From Barthelona sp. PAP020 (taxonomy: Eukaryota), in the NCBI GenBank assembly GCA_040182905.1, contig JARQWU010000051.1, forward strand, positions 1 through 47,740: a stretch of 47,740 bases of DNA. Reading direction: 5' to 3'. The notes below the pieces were generated by a model that made no database searches, was not told the origin of the DNA, and worked only from the letters and a program-made list of their open reading frames with translations. How positions within the stretch are numbered: position 1 is the first letter of the stretch; each line of letters starts with the position of its first letter. The translations under genes were made by a program, and so were the position numbers. Shown here one piece after another: positions 31,834 through 41,962 of the stretch.

Positions 31834-33444
31834 TCAAATATCTTTAACAGAATAATCATAACCATATGAATGTTGTTTACTGTTGGCCAACATTATCATT
31901 ATCAATGAAAAACCTGGTTGATCATTTCGAATTTCTTTTTTTATTTTGTTTTTTTCATTCAATGAAGGATAAAATGAACAATTGGAATGGCGAAATCTCA
32001 TTTCAATTTCAACATTGTTTAGGATTGTGAAAAAAAAAGTTGCGCCATTGCCGCCAAATTTGAACAGATTCTTCGACGTTGTGAATTCTAATTGATTTAA
32101 AGGAATATTGGAGGGATGTATTTTATCAACAGTAAAAGGGACATAACTTCCAATTTGAAGTCGATCTCTTCTTAAACCTGTTGACAATAGATAAATATGT
32201 TCATTTGCTAAAACATCAATGCATATTAATGGTTCTACAGACGGCTTTTGTGGGGTTAAACAATTATTATGAAATTTTAAAATAAACACAACATCATTGG
32301 GAGTTTTAGCAAATGTACTGTTTTCTTGAGCAATGAATAACTTTGAAGAACTGACATTTTGAATGATAAAACAATTGAAATTATCAAAAAGATTACTAGA
32401 AAGACATTCAAATGTTGGTTCCAAATTAACTGTTTTAACATGTTCAGGTGGTTGAATATTAAGATTTGCAATGTGGGAATGTGAAAAAAATTGAAAAAAA
32501 TCAGAAAAACTAAGCTGAATTATTCCTCCATTTTCTGCTTTTATTCCCCAAGGATTTTGTAAAACTACTCTTGGTTTTTTTGATGTGATACACGGTAAAA
32601 TATCCTTCACTGAGAACCAATGTCTTTCATAAATTCCCAAATTTTTCTTACTAATTCTGCCCACTGCCCATATGGATTCACCATTTTCTTTTGCAATTAT
32701 AAATCTTTCTATCAAATCACCAATAAGTAAGTGTTTGTGTTCATAAACAAAAGTGGGCGTTGGAAAAAATAAACTTATTGCATCAGATAATCTTCCACCT
32801 CTCAAAGCTTTATAACCACCAAACACTTTTGCTGCAGCTTTTTCAAGTAACAACGGCCAAACAATATTGTTGCTGGTTGTACAATACTTAATATTCTGTT
32901 TATCTTTTGTCAAAGGAACAAAATCATCAATTGTGCAATAATATGGGGTTAATAAGTCATACATTTTAATTTCTGCTTTGCCTAAAATAGGACTATATTT
33001 AATTTCTGTGACAATGTAAGTGTGATGTTTGTATAACTCATAAAAAAAACTCAGTAACCAACAATCACCTAATTTCCCCTGAATTATAATTTCATTCAAT
33101 TTTGATGATGGAATTGGCAAAGAACTTATGGAATTTTCAAAAAATTCAGAAATTCTTGCATAATTCTCTTCTTTAATTAAAGGAAAAAAAATATCAATAA
33201 ATGGTATTGGATTCTTCTTGAAGTTACATAATATTTCAAAATAAAAATGATCAATTTTGTAAGATTTTTCATATTTAAAATCAATATTATCTGTTCTAAT
33301 TATTGTATGAATGGAATTAGGTAAAAAAACTAAAAATTCATTGTCATTGTAGATAAATAGAATATATTCTTCTGTTTCATTCTTTAAAGTAATTCGGTCT
33401 TCTTTAAAAGAAATACAAACGTAAGCTTCAATATCATTTTTCAT
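31834..33444 (-). CDS. Calpain-family (CysPc) cysteine protease
   Basis: QGKLGDCWLL (catalytic Cys), TIDDFVP, WPLLLEKAAAK..GGY.AL.GG, HWFSV (His) and LQNPWG (Asn). The triad is intact. Confidence 0.9.
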   Translation of the reverse strand: MKNDIEAYVCISFKEDRITLKNETEEYILFIYNDNEFLVFLPNSIHTIIRTDNIDFKYEKSYKIDHFYFEILCNFKKNPIPFIDIFFPLIKEENYARISEFFENSISSLPIPSSKLNEIIIQGKLGDCWLLSFFYELYKHHTYIVTEIKYSPILGKAEIKMYDLLTPYYCTIDDFVPLTKDKQNIKYCTTSNNIVWPLLLEKAAAKVFGGYKALRGGRLSDAISLFFPTPTFVYEHKHLLIGDLIERFIIAKENGESIWAVGRISKKNLGIYERHWFSVKDILPCITSKKPRVVLQNPWGIKAENGGIIQLSFSDFFQFFSHSHIANLNIQPPEHVKTVNLEPTFECLSSNLFDNFNCFIIQNVSSSKLFIAQENSTFAKTPNDVVFILKFHNNCLTPQKPSVEPLICIDVLANEHIYLLSTGLRRDRLQIGSYVPFTVDKIHPSNIPLNQLEFTTSKNLFKFGGNGATFFFTILNNVEIEMRFRHSNCSFYPSLNEKNKIKKEIRNDQPGFSLIMIMLANSKQHSYGYDYSVKDI

Positions 33445-33505
33445 TCATTTAGAAAAAAAAAAAAGGAAAAGAAAATACCCGTATTTTTTATCATTCGACA
33501 ATACT

Positions 33506-34711
33506 TTAATTGGATGCACCAGAATATGCATTAAAAACTTCAGAACCGAATACTTGAACGGTTCTTTTTCCATCATTATCTTCACAAAAACGTAAACCAA
33601 TGGCATGAACAGTTCCTAAACCAGTAGCTTCAACAATATTTTGGAAAGTCAAATCAGAAGACAAATCAACATTAACCAACAAATTCCAATAATCACGATG
33701 AGGTTTATCAGGATGATTTGTATTGACAACAAATTCTTCAACTAATTGATGAGGACGAACTGAAACCTGAACAAATTGATTACCAGAAATGTCATCAATG
33801 AAGATCCTCAAGTTGTGTTCGGCAATAAATTCATCAAATAAATCGATCATTTTGTCTTTGAATTCAGTAACAGCTTCAGTTTTTATACTAGCTGTGAAGG
33901 GAGAATTCATGTAGAATTGCTTGCAACTTAATTGAATAGGAAGCATTTCAGTAGTCTCAACTTCAGAAGAAACCATGTCAGCAGAGAACGAGAAGATCAT
34001 TCCATCCAAAACAGTGGTTAACCTTAACCAAGCAGAAGTGTGATGAGGCCAATTTTGTTTAATCATAAGACCAACAGCAACTCTAAGCAAAAAAGAATCC
34101 TTGATAATCTTTTCGGAATACAATTGATATTGGAAAGCAGATGGTTGAACAGTAACATAAAAACTTTTAGAATTGTTTGCATTGAATAAAACACCTTTTG
34201 CTGTAAATCTTTCTTCATATGAATGTTGGCCTTGAAAGTCAACAATTAATTCTCCAGGATAATATGGGATTTCATCATCAAAAATGGCCTTATATAACAA
34301 GTGATGATATTTGCGCAAACCAAACTCTGCAGCTTGTTCAGACAATCTGTCCAATTCGGTCATTAGGGACTCACAATTTAAGATAACTTCACGAGAATTG
34401 GGAATTAAAAGCATGAAAAAAGCAATGTCATTCAAAATAATAGCAGGTCTAGTTCCAGAATGATCAAAAACAATGGTTTTAAAAAAAGATTCAACAGAAA
34501 TAGGATCAGATAACTTAAAATTGTTTAAATTACGTAATCTGATTCCACCATCTGGACAAATAAAATCTTTGTCCAAACAATCATCTTGAACTTTTTCCAA
34601 AGCTTCAGCGTATGTGAAATTCTGAAGGTCAGATTGATAATTGAACACAGTGTGTTTTGGGCGCTTGCTTCCAGCTTTAAACCAAGATTTCTTCTGTCCA
34701 CCTCTATTCAT
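33506..34711 (-). CDS. Hypothetical protein (401 aa)
   Basis: Long ATG-initiated ORF with globular-protein composition. No family recognised. Confidence 0.75.
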   Translation of the reverse strand: MNRGGQKKSWFKAGSKRPKHTVFNYQSDLQNFTYAEALEKVQDDCLDKDFICPDGGIRLRNLNNFKLSDPISVESFFKTIVFDHSGTRPAIILNDIAFFMLLIPNSREVILNCESLMTELDRLSEQAAEFGLRKYHHLLYKAIFDDEIPYYPGELIVDFQGQHSYEERFTAKGVLFNANNSKSFYVTVQPSAFQYQLYSEKIIKDSFLLRVAVGLMIKQNWPHHTSAWLRLTTVLDGMIFSFSADMVSSEVETTEMLPIQLSCKQFYMNSPFTASIKTEAVTEFKDKMIDLFDEFIAEHNLRIFIDDISGNQFVQVSVRPHQLVEEFVVNTNHPDKPHRDYWNLLVNVDLSSDLTFQNIVEATGLGTVHAIGLRFCEDNDGKRTVQVFGSEVFNAYSGASN

Positions 34712-35004
34712 TTGAATGTTTTAAAAGGAAAAAATTGAAAAAAATTATTTTGATTGAGTTGTTGTCTTTATTCTTCAGAGAAATCGTTTTGACATAATAA
34801 TTTCACATGAAAATTTATATTATTTCTATTAAATGGGAAAAGCACGTTTGTTTTTCTAATTTATTTATTTTTGAAAAAGACCAAAAAACGCTAATAATGA
34901 ATCTTTTGGAAAAGCTCAAATGGAATTGTATAAATTTATAAATAAAAACAAAAGAAAAGCAAAAAAAAATAATATTTGGTCTCATCAAATAAGTTTTCAT
35001 TTAC

Positions 35005-35280
35005 GTTTATAGACGCCCTGATTATCGTAACAGAGAGAGATAATCACATACGTAGACAAAGTTTCCAATATTGGAAGTGATTAGTAACAATCGTTTTGGC
35101 GGTAAAGTGAAATAGATCTACATAAGTTTTATTTTCTGCTCTATACAGCAAGCCCACATTCTAAGATTACGTATTTTTTTTTTTTTAAAAAAGAAGGCTA
35201 CCCTTCGACATCAATTACGCTCAAGACAAGTTCGATCACCCCAATAAAATCCCAAACTCTCAGAAACAAAGTCTATAAAC
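35005..35280. ncRNA. Candidate structured non-coding RNA (class unknown)
   Basis: Perfect terminal inverted repeat GTTTATAGAC (35005-35014) / GTCTATAAAC (35271-35280) encloses a GC-elevated, ORF-free stretch with several hairpins: GATTATC/GATAATC, TTCCAA/TTGGAA, GTAGA/TCTAC, TGCT/AGCA and GAAGG/CCTTC. Confidence 0.45.
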
Positions 35281-35489
35281 AAAAAAATTATAAATGAAAA
35301 ATTGGTCAAGAATGGCAAAACAACAGTATTTATCAAAAACTTGTGGTAAAAAGGTTTTTAAAATTAAAAATTAAGTGCATAAAAACTTTTAGTTGCATAA
35401 ATGAAAGATCTTCAAAAAAGAAAGTAAAGATTTGAAAAGATCAATAATAAATTTGGGAAATAATTCAATAAATAATCAAAAGTACAGTT

Positions 35490-37298
35490 TTATTCTTCCT
35501 TTATGTATATCAATGTTGTTATATGACTAATTTTACCGTTTAACATATTGAAATCAACATTTTCAATGGAAGAATCATTGAAAAGTAACCAACTTGATGT
35601 ATCAATATCTTCACGACAAATAGTCGTATAATGAGCATTGTTCCACATAATCATCCCTCTTAAAACATATTTTTGAGCATCAAGCAAAAATTCTTCAACA
35701 AAATTAATGTTGTTGTTTTCATAATCATTGTGGACTTGCAACCACAGAATTTTACCTCCCTCAAAATTTTCTTTGACTTCAACATTATGATTTAACCCTT
35801 CTTCATTTTCACAGCTTATCTCGTGAAAATAATGTTTTAACGCTCTTTTAACAACATCTTTCGCATTATGTCCATCAAAGTTCTCTTTTATCATTCCAAA
35901 AAAGAGGTTTTCAGCTTTTGATTTCTCAAAACCACACTCACAAATGTAATTATAATGCCATGTTGTCTCAAAAGCATGAGTAAAAGATAACACAGTTTCC
36001 TCAATATCCAGAAGGCTTAATAATTTCAACATAGCTTCATTGCTATCTTCCATTCTTCCTGGAGTAAAACCTAGAATTTCCACGAGTTTAGTCATGTGCT
36101 TGTATTTGACAAGTTCTTTAATTTTTCCTTTTTCTTGTAAGGCATACAATATCAGTAAAATGAATCTTTTAAATTCTAATTTTTTTGTAGTATCAATATC
36201 TTTAAAATCACATTCCATTTTTTCAACCCTATCCAACAGTTTTGTATAATCTTCAATGGAGGTTGGCACTGCCTTTAACATTTCTAAATCTTCTAATATC
36301 AATGATTTTAAATTGGCATGAAACAATAATTGCAAAACAACGTTCAAATAACAAGAATTTCCGAAATTCTTCAATCCAAAATTTCTTTCATTTTGAACCG
36401 TTCCAACATAAGGTTCATCTGCATACATGTTAGAATAATTTTCCCACCTATCATCAAAGTTATTTATGTTTAAAAGTTCTTTCTTCCCTTCTGTCGAACA
36501 AAATTCATTTGTTTCACAATCAATATTCTTTTTGACACTATTAACAACATGTTTTAAATCAAAATTTTTCTTTTGTTTTTCTTTGGCATTCATTTTAATG
36601 ATTGTATCAACAGTCACAGATATATTTTTCTTTTCAATATGTCCAGAGGTAGTTTTGATAAAATTTTCCCTTTCAGTCTTTTCTTCAACTTTTTCAATAT
36701 TTAATGCAGCATCTTCTGGAATTGTGGGTGATCTAAAAACTTCAGTTGCTGCTTTATTTAAATCAGAGTTATTTAAATATCTTCGTCTTGTTTTTCCATC
36801 CATTTTGCTTTCAAAAGTGAAAAAGAAATGAAATTTTTCACTATTTAATTGATTCTCTCCAGTAATAATACCTTCTGGAAATTTTTTATCTCGTAACACT
36901 TTAAGAGTTGTTTGGGTGTCAGAATAATTAACTTCGCCTGCTTTTTTAAAGTTAACATTCGGATTTTCAATATTTTCAATATTTTCAATAATTCTGTACT
37001 TCAATTTATAATCATCTTTTAATTTTTTTAAAAAATATTCTGTTTTACGAATTTTAATCAATAAATATTCATTCTTTACCAAAGAAATGTTTTTTTTAAA
37101 ATCTTTATATTCGTTGATATCCATAAAGACAATTGAGTCTTCCAAATCCTGTATTAAAGTTTTTAAACTTTTTTGATATCTCTTTTCCAGTTTCTGCAAT
37201 GAAAAATTGTTCAACTGAAAAGTTCGTCTTTTCATTTCATGCAGTTGATCATATCTTTGCTTTTCTTCAGCTTCTACACAATAATAATATTCAATCAT
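35490..37298 (-). CDS. Divergent USP-family (peptidase C19) deubiquitinase with long charged N-terminus
   Basis: Cys box GLKNFGNSCYLNVVLQLL, EDSNE (QDxxE-like), His box AHYTT and WLLFNDS, terminal LIY. Confidence 0.85.
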   Translation of the reverse strand: MIEYYYCVEAEEKQRYDQLHEMKRRTFQLNNFSLQKLEKRYQKSLKTLIQDLEDSIVFMDINEYKDFKKNISLVKNEYLLIKIRKTEYFLKKLKDDYKLKYRIIENIENIENPNVNFKKAGEVNYSDTQTTLKVLRDKKFPEGIITGENQLNSEKFHFFFTFESKMDGKTRRRYLNNSDLNKAATEVFRSPTIPEDAALNIEKVEEKTERENFIKTTSGHIEKKNISVTVDTIIKMNAKEKQKKNFDLKHVVNSVKKNIDCETNEFCSTEGKKELLNINNFDDRWENYSNMYADEPYVGTVQNERNFGLKNFGNSCYLNVVLQLLFHANLKSLILEDLEMLKAVPTSIEDYTKLLDRVEKMECDFKDIDTTKKLEFKRFILLILYALQEKGKIKELVKYKHMTKLVEILGFTPGRMEDSNEAMLKLLSLLDIEETVLSFTHAFETTWHYNYICECGFEKSKAENLFFGMIKENFDGHNAKDVVKRALKHYFHEISCENEEGLNHNVEVKENFEGGKILWLQVHNDYENNNINFVEEFLLDAQKYVLRGMIMWNNAHYTTICREDIDTSSWLLFNDSSIENVDFNMLNGKISHITTLIYIKEE

Positions 37299-37588
37299 AT
37301 TTGTTCTAATAAAAAAAAAAGAACAGATTGAAAAAGAAAAATTGTTTTAGCTTTTCAACAATTTTTGTCATATTTTTTTTCTCCTTAAATTATAATGTTC
37401 TTATTTGTTTCTCTTATACATCTGAGGGATTTTAATTCGTTCTGAAAGCATTTTGTGATTCTTAAAATTAATATTTCTTCAAATTTGACTTTTTTTTTGG
37501 TAAGATAAAAAGAAATGGATGAGTTATTCACCAAATGAAAAAACATTGAAGATTGGATGTTTTTCATTTTTTAATTTTTATTTTTAAA

Positions 37589-38008
37589 ATGAAATCAAAA
37601 AATATTCCTGAACGACAACTAATTTCAGGAGTCAAAATTATCAAAAAATATGGAAAATCTTACATGGTAACAAAAAAAAATCCAAATCATTTACCCACTC
37701 CACCTAAAAAATCAACAACATCCACATACCGTTCAAATTTTAAGAAATTTGCAACATATACCTCTCATGATAAACCATTAGAACCATATAGTCATAATTC
37801 TTTGAGAAATTTAATGCAACCCAAGGAAAATAGAAGACGTTCTCGAAACGATTGTTCTTTTAAATTGGAAGATAAAACGTTTAATTCACATTTCCAATTT
37901 TTGACCACTTATGGGCAATCATTTAAAGCACCATTTGAAATTGTTGGTGTGGATAATCCCTCAATATTGCATGAATCTTTGAAATTTTCCCATAGTAAGT
38001 TCCATTAA
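37589..38008 (+). CDS. Small basic hypothetical protein, possibly ciliary microtubule-associated
   Basis: 139 aa from the ATG at 37589 (AAA context). STYRSNF and TTYGQSF repeats resemble the short motifs of microtubule inner proteins. Family assignment is tentative. Confidence 0.6.
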   Translation: MKSKNIPERQLISGVKIIKKYGKSYMVTKKNPNHLPTPPKKSTTSTYRSNFKKFATYTSHDKPLEPYSHNSLRNLMQPKENRRRSRNDCSFKLEDKTFNSHFQFLTTYGQSFKAPFEIVGVDNPSILHESLKFSHSKFH

Positions 38009-38046
38009 TGTTACTAACAAATATAAAAGGTTGTATATATGAATAT

Positions 38047-38439
38047 TTATTCTTGAAAAATAAAGTGTTCTGAAGAAGAAAAGAGGATTTCTTGAAATGT
38101 AGGAAGTTCTTCATCATCAAATTCTGTGCTATTTAAATTGATACTCAACAACCGAGAATGTATTTGTCGAAGTTTATTCAGATACACATCTCTTTCTAAT
38201 CGAATTCCATTTACAACTTGAGTTCTTTTAAATTCCACTTCATTTAAAGCTTTAAATAAATCAATTAATCCAGATAACTCTTCAAGATAAGGTTCTAATT
38301 TCGAAAAAAGGGTTGGGTTTGATTCTTTTAGAGATTCCATTTCATTGGCAATTATTTGGGCAACAGTCCAAATATTCAAATCTTTGGGCGCTTGTTCATC
38401 GTTTTCGAATGATTCTAAAATTCCTTCGGCAGTAGTCAT
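38047..38439 (-). CDS. Small coiled-coil protein with EB1 C-terminal (EBH)-like motif
   Basis: GIRLERDVYLNKLRQI...QEILF resembles EB1 LEKERDFYFxKLRxIE...I..ILY. No CH domain in the ORF. Confidence 0.6.
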   Translation of the reverse strand: MTTAEGILESFENDEQAPKDLNIWTVAQIIANEMESLKESNPTLFSKLEPYLEELSGLIDLFKALNEVEFKRTQVVNGIRLERDVYLNKLRQIHSRLLSINLNSTEFDDEELPTFQEILFSSSEHFIFQE

Positions 38440-39029
38440 AAAAACATGTTTTGATGATTTTTTTTACATCCATATTGGTAAAGTGGATTCGTTAAAGAAG
38501 TAAATTTTTGCACAAAATTACCATGCTGTTGACAATGTTCCATTTTCTTTTTGATTTCGTTTGTTATTATCAAAAGATTCAATTTTCACCAAACTTTCAA
38601 GTGAATTCTTTCCCTTCTCTTTGTTCTTTTGAGTAAACATCCAAACATGATGAAAGAAAGATTTTTATTTCACAAATTGTGTGACAGTTTGAGGAGTTTT
38701 TACACGTAGTTGTGACATTTTTTTGCACTGAAAAGAGAATAATTGTTCAGGTTGAATTGAATTGACACATCTCTTTCATATTTGATGGAAATTTAGAAAT
38801 TACAAGATTTTTATGGTATATTGGTAAAAAAAGCGTTTTTGTCTTGTTTGTGTGACAGAAAATCCATCTATAGATTTTGTCCAAAAAAAAGTTCCATAAA
38901 AATTGCTTTTATTTTTGGCAACTTGTCTCTGTTGTCATAAAACCTAAAATAACAATGTGAAAAGATTCTTTGAACATTGAACATAATTGAGACAAATAAA
39001 ATAAAATTTCTTACTGTTTATTTTTCTTT

Positions 39030-39962
39030 ATGTCTGAAAGGCTTTTTGATTTTTTATCGTCAGATAAGTTGGTTGCTATTCGATTTCCCGGATATTTGTT
39101 GGAATATTCTAGTTGGTCTCGAGAAAAAAAAATTGAAAAACTGCATGATTATTTAAATCAACTAAACGTATTACAAACTGCAGCGCAAACATATATATTG
39201 CCTGAAAATGCAATTAATAATGAACCAATTATTTCTTCTGCTACACCTGTCTTACCTTCAAAAGTTAGTAGATCTCCAAAAACTTCCAATCCTCGTCGTT
39301 CAAGAAGTAGACAAAGACGTAGCCATCCACCTCCATCAACACAACCGAATCCTGTCAAAAAACAACCTAGATTGGCAACTTGGGCTCAAAAATGTCAAGT
39401 AATTACAGAACAGTTGTTGGCAACTCCAAATGGTGTTCTTTTTTCGAGGCCAGTTGATCCAAAACTTGATGGTGCTGTAGATTATTTTGATTTCATCAAA
39501 AATCCCATGGATTTAGGTACTGTTTTAAAAAATCTGAAAGATAATAAGTATTCGTCAGTAACACAGTATTGTTGTGACGTTTTATTAACATTTTATAATG
39601 CAATGGCTTATAACAGTGATGATCATCCTGTTCATAAAGAGGCATCATATTTTACTGAGAATTTTAAATCTAAGATGTATACGGATTATCCCCAACAGTT
39701 TGATGAGGCATATGTGACAATTTTCAAGCAGCAGGTGAAGAAAGAGGAAAAATCACAGCCAAAAGCATGGTCTATGGAACAATTAAGAAGTTTAAAAAAT
39801 GATTTAGGTCCTTTACTGCAAGATGCTGAAAATAAAAAGAAAGTGAAAGCAATTTGTGAGAAATACACATCTTCTGCACAAATAGATTTGACAAAGATAC
39901 CTGTGGATTGTTTGATAGCCATTAATGAATTTGTTCAACAACAAAAAAAAGCAAAGAGTTAA
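39030..39962 (+). CDS. Single-bromodomain protein with C-terminal ET-like domain (GTE/BET-like)
   Basis: FSRPVDP..DGAVDYFDFIKNPMDLGTV, DV.LTFYNAMAYN (conserved Asn) and ET-like WSMEQLRSLKNDL...QIDLTKIP...L..I.EFV. Confidence 0.88.
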   Translation: MSERLFDFLSSDKLVAIRFPGYLLEYSSWSREKKIEKLHDYLNQLNVLQTAAQTYILPENAINNEPIISSATPVLPSKVSRSPKTSNPRRSRSRQRRSHPPPSTQPNPVKKQPRLATWAQKCQVITEQLLATPNGVLFSRPVDPKLDGAVDYFDFIKNPMDLGTVLKNLKDNKYSSVTQYCCDVLLTFYNAMAYNSDDHPVHKEASYFTENFKSKMYTDYPQQFDEAYVTIFKQQVKKEEKSQPKAWSMEQLRSLKNDLGPLLQDAENKKKVKAICEKYTSSAQIDLTKIPVDCLIAINEFVQQQKKAKS

Positions 39963-40123
39963 ATTTTGAAACTTTGTTGTGTAAAACGTTCATTTTTTGT
40001 TTTTTTGCATTGTGTTTTTCTGCAACAAAATTTTTATTCTCTTTCTTCCTTTTTTTCACTGATAATTGTTTATTTATGTTATTGTTTAGTTATTTATGCA
40101 AAATATTTGTTGCTCAATTTCAA

Positions 40124-41547
40124 ATGTAATGGGGATATTGTCTAGCAAATGCATAATCTCACAAAAGAATTGTGTGACAAAGCGACATATGTTCTGTTTA
40201 CCTTGCTCGTTTCCCCCGAAACGGAACAACGTGATTCCATGAGGATAAAGTTGTAAGAGCTCATTCAACACCTTTCAAATTCTTTTAGACATCTTTCAAA
40301 TATCTTATGTTTTAAGCGAAGAATTAATGAAAAATAATATTTAGGAGTTATTTTCTTGGAAAATTAGTGAGAATAGTGTGAGAAGAATTGAAAATGTCAT
40401 CAAAGATTTTGTTGCTGACTGTGTTTTTCTTCCAAATGGCAAACATTTAGTAGTTACCGATGAAATTGCATGTGTTCGTATCATTGATATTGAAACTGGA
40501 AAAGAATTTTGTAATTTCAAAGACTATGGAAGTGCTACCTTTGATATTGTAATTCCACCAGATAAACAACTGTTTGTGACATATTCCGCTGACTTCTGTA
40601 TTAATATATGCAGCATTGAAGTTTCTCCATTTTAAGATGCTTAGTAAATGATTGGCAAATTTTTGGAATTTTCCAGTTGTTTAAATTATATATATATTCT
40701 GGTGATTATGTTGGAGCTATTAAGAAATGGGAAATAAATAGCGGAAATGTTGTTTTTCAAGATTTTTTTTCATTCTACTTGGATTTGGAGATTGAAACTC
40801 TCATTAGAAGGTAAACACCTTTTTAGTGCAAGCAAAGATAAGACTGTTAAGTTAATTGACACTGAAAATCATTCACTTATACATACGTTTTCACATGATG
40901 GTTGTTGTAGAGCTATTTACTTCCATCCTACCCAAAGAATTATTGCTGTTTGTGATGAAGCATATTTCGTTAAGCTCTGGAACATGGATGATGGGTCGTG
41001 CATAGAATCTTTGAGTCTGATGGATTGTATGCTCTAAAATTTTATTCACCCCCCATTCTGATGGCCATGTGTGGTGATGGTTTTCTTATCTATTTTGATG
41101 CTATAAATTATCAAGAAATCCAAAGAATTGCCTGTATGTGCGATCTTTATACGTTTTCATTTGCGTTTTCCCCTAATTTAAAACAATTTTGTTGTGGAAG
41201 ATGTGATGGATCTGTGTTGAATGCCGTGAGTCAAGAGCCGACTTAACCCCTATACATGTATATTCAACTGAACTTGTTCATGCAAGTTGTCTCAATTCAA
41301 GACTTTTTGAACTTGCGAGGAATAACGATGGGCATGTATTATCTATTCTTATTGATATGAATGGTGACACCAGTATTATTTGACAGTTGGTGTTGATATG
41401 TGTTCACATGAATCAACAAGATTTTATAAGATTGTCAATTTGTGTTGTGATTTGATTGACTTCAATAAAAACGATGGAGGTAACATGCATATGTTTATAA
41501 CAGAAAATAGAGATGAAAGTGATGAAAGTGACAAAGATAGTGATTAG
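40124..41547 (+). pseudogene. WD40-repeat protein pseudogene (boundaries approximate)
   Basis: WD40 blades (FLPNGKHLV, LFVTYSAD, LFSASKDKTVKLID, FHPTQRIIA..VKLWNM, FSPNLKQF) are split among ORFs 40378-40635, 40747-41037 and 40998-41246 by frameshifts. An in-frame TAG lies upstream at about 40342, and an acidic tail ends at TAG near 41547. Confidence 0.75.
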
Positions 41548-41962
41548 TTGACTTGCAAATGTTTTCCGTAAAATTTTAATGAATAGCTTTTCAGAGTTAA
41601 TCTCCTTATTTATGTATGTTTATCGTCAATTATTATGATATTTGAATGATGAGTATTGGTTGTTGTAAAGATTATTGAAGTTCATGTCCCTTTTTTTTTA
41701 CACTCTGTTGTTAAAGTTTTCATAAGTTTGGAAGTTTTACATCTGTATTCATTTTGGTCCAAAAAATTGAAACATGTATGTTTGATCAATTAATAAAGAC
41801 AGAACATCATTTATTATGTGAAACATTCTTACTATTACATTGTGTAGAGTTTGAAAAACCTTTGAAAAATGTTGAAATGAAGGTTTCCTTTCTTTGAAAG
41901 AGAATAATTTTTTTGTGGAAAATATGAAAAAACTGAATTAAAGAACCAATTTACTTTAAAAA

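Noticed and set aside
35030..35036. ACAGAGA resembling the U6 snRNA box
   Set aside because: The downstream AGC triad and internal stem-loop of U6 are absent, and the motif lies in an unrelated hairpin loop.
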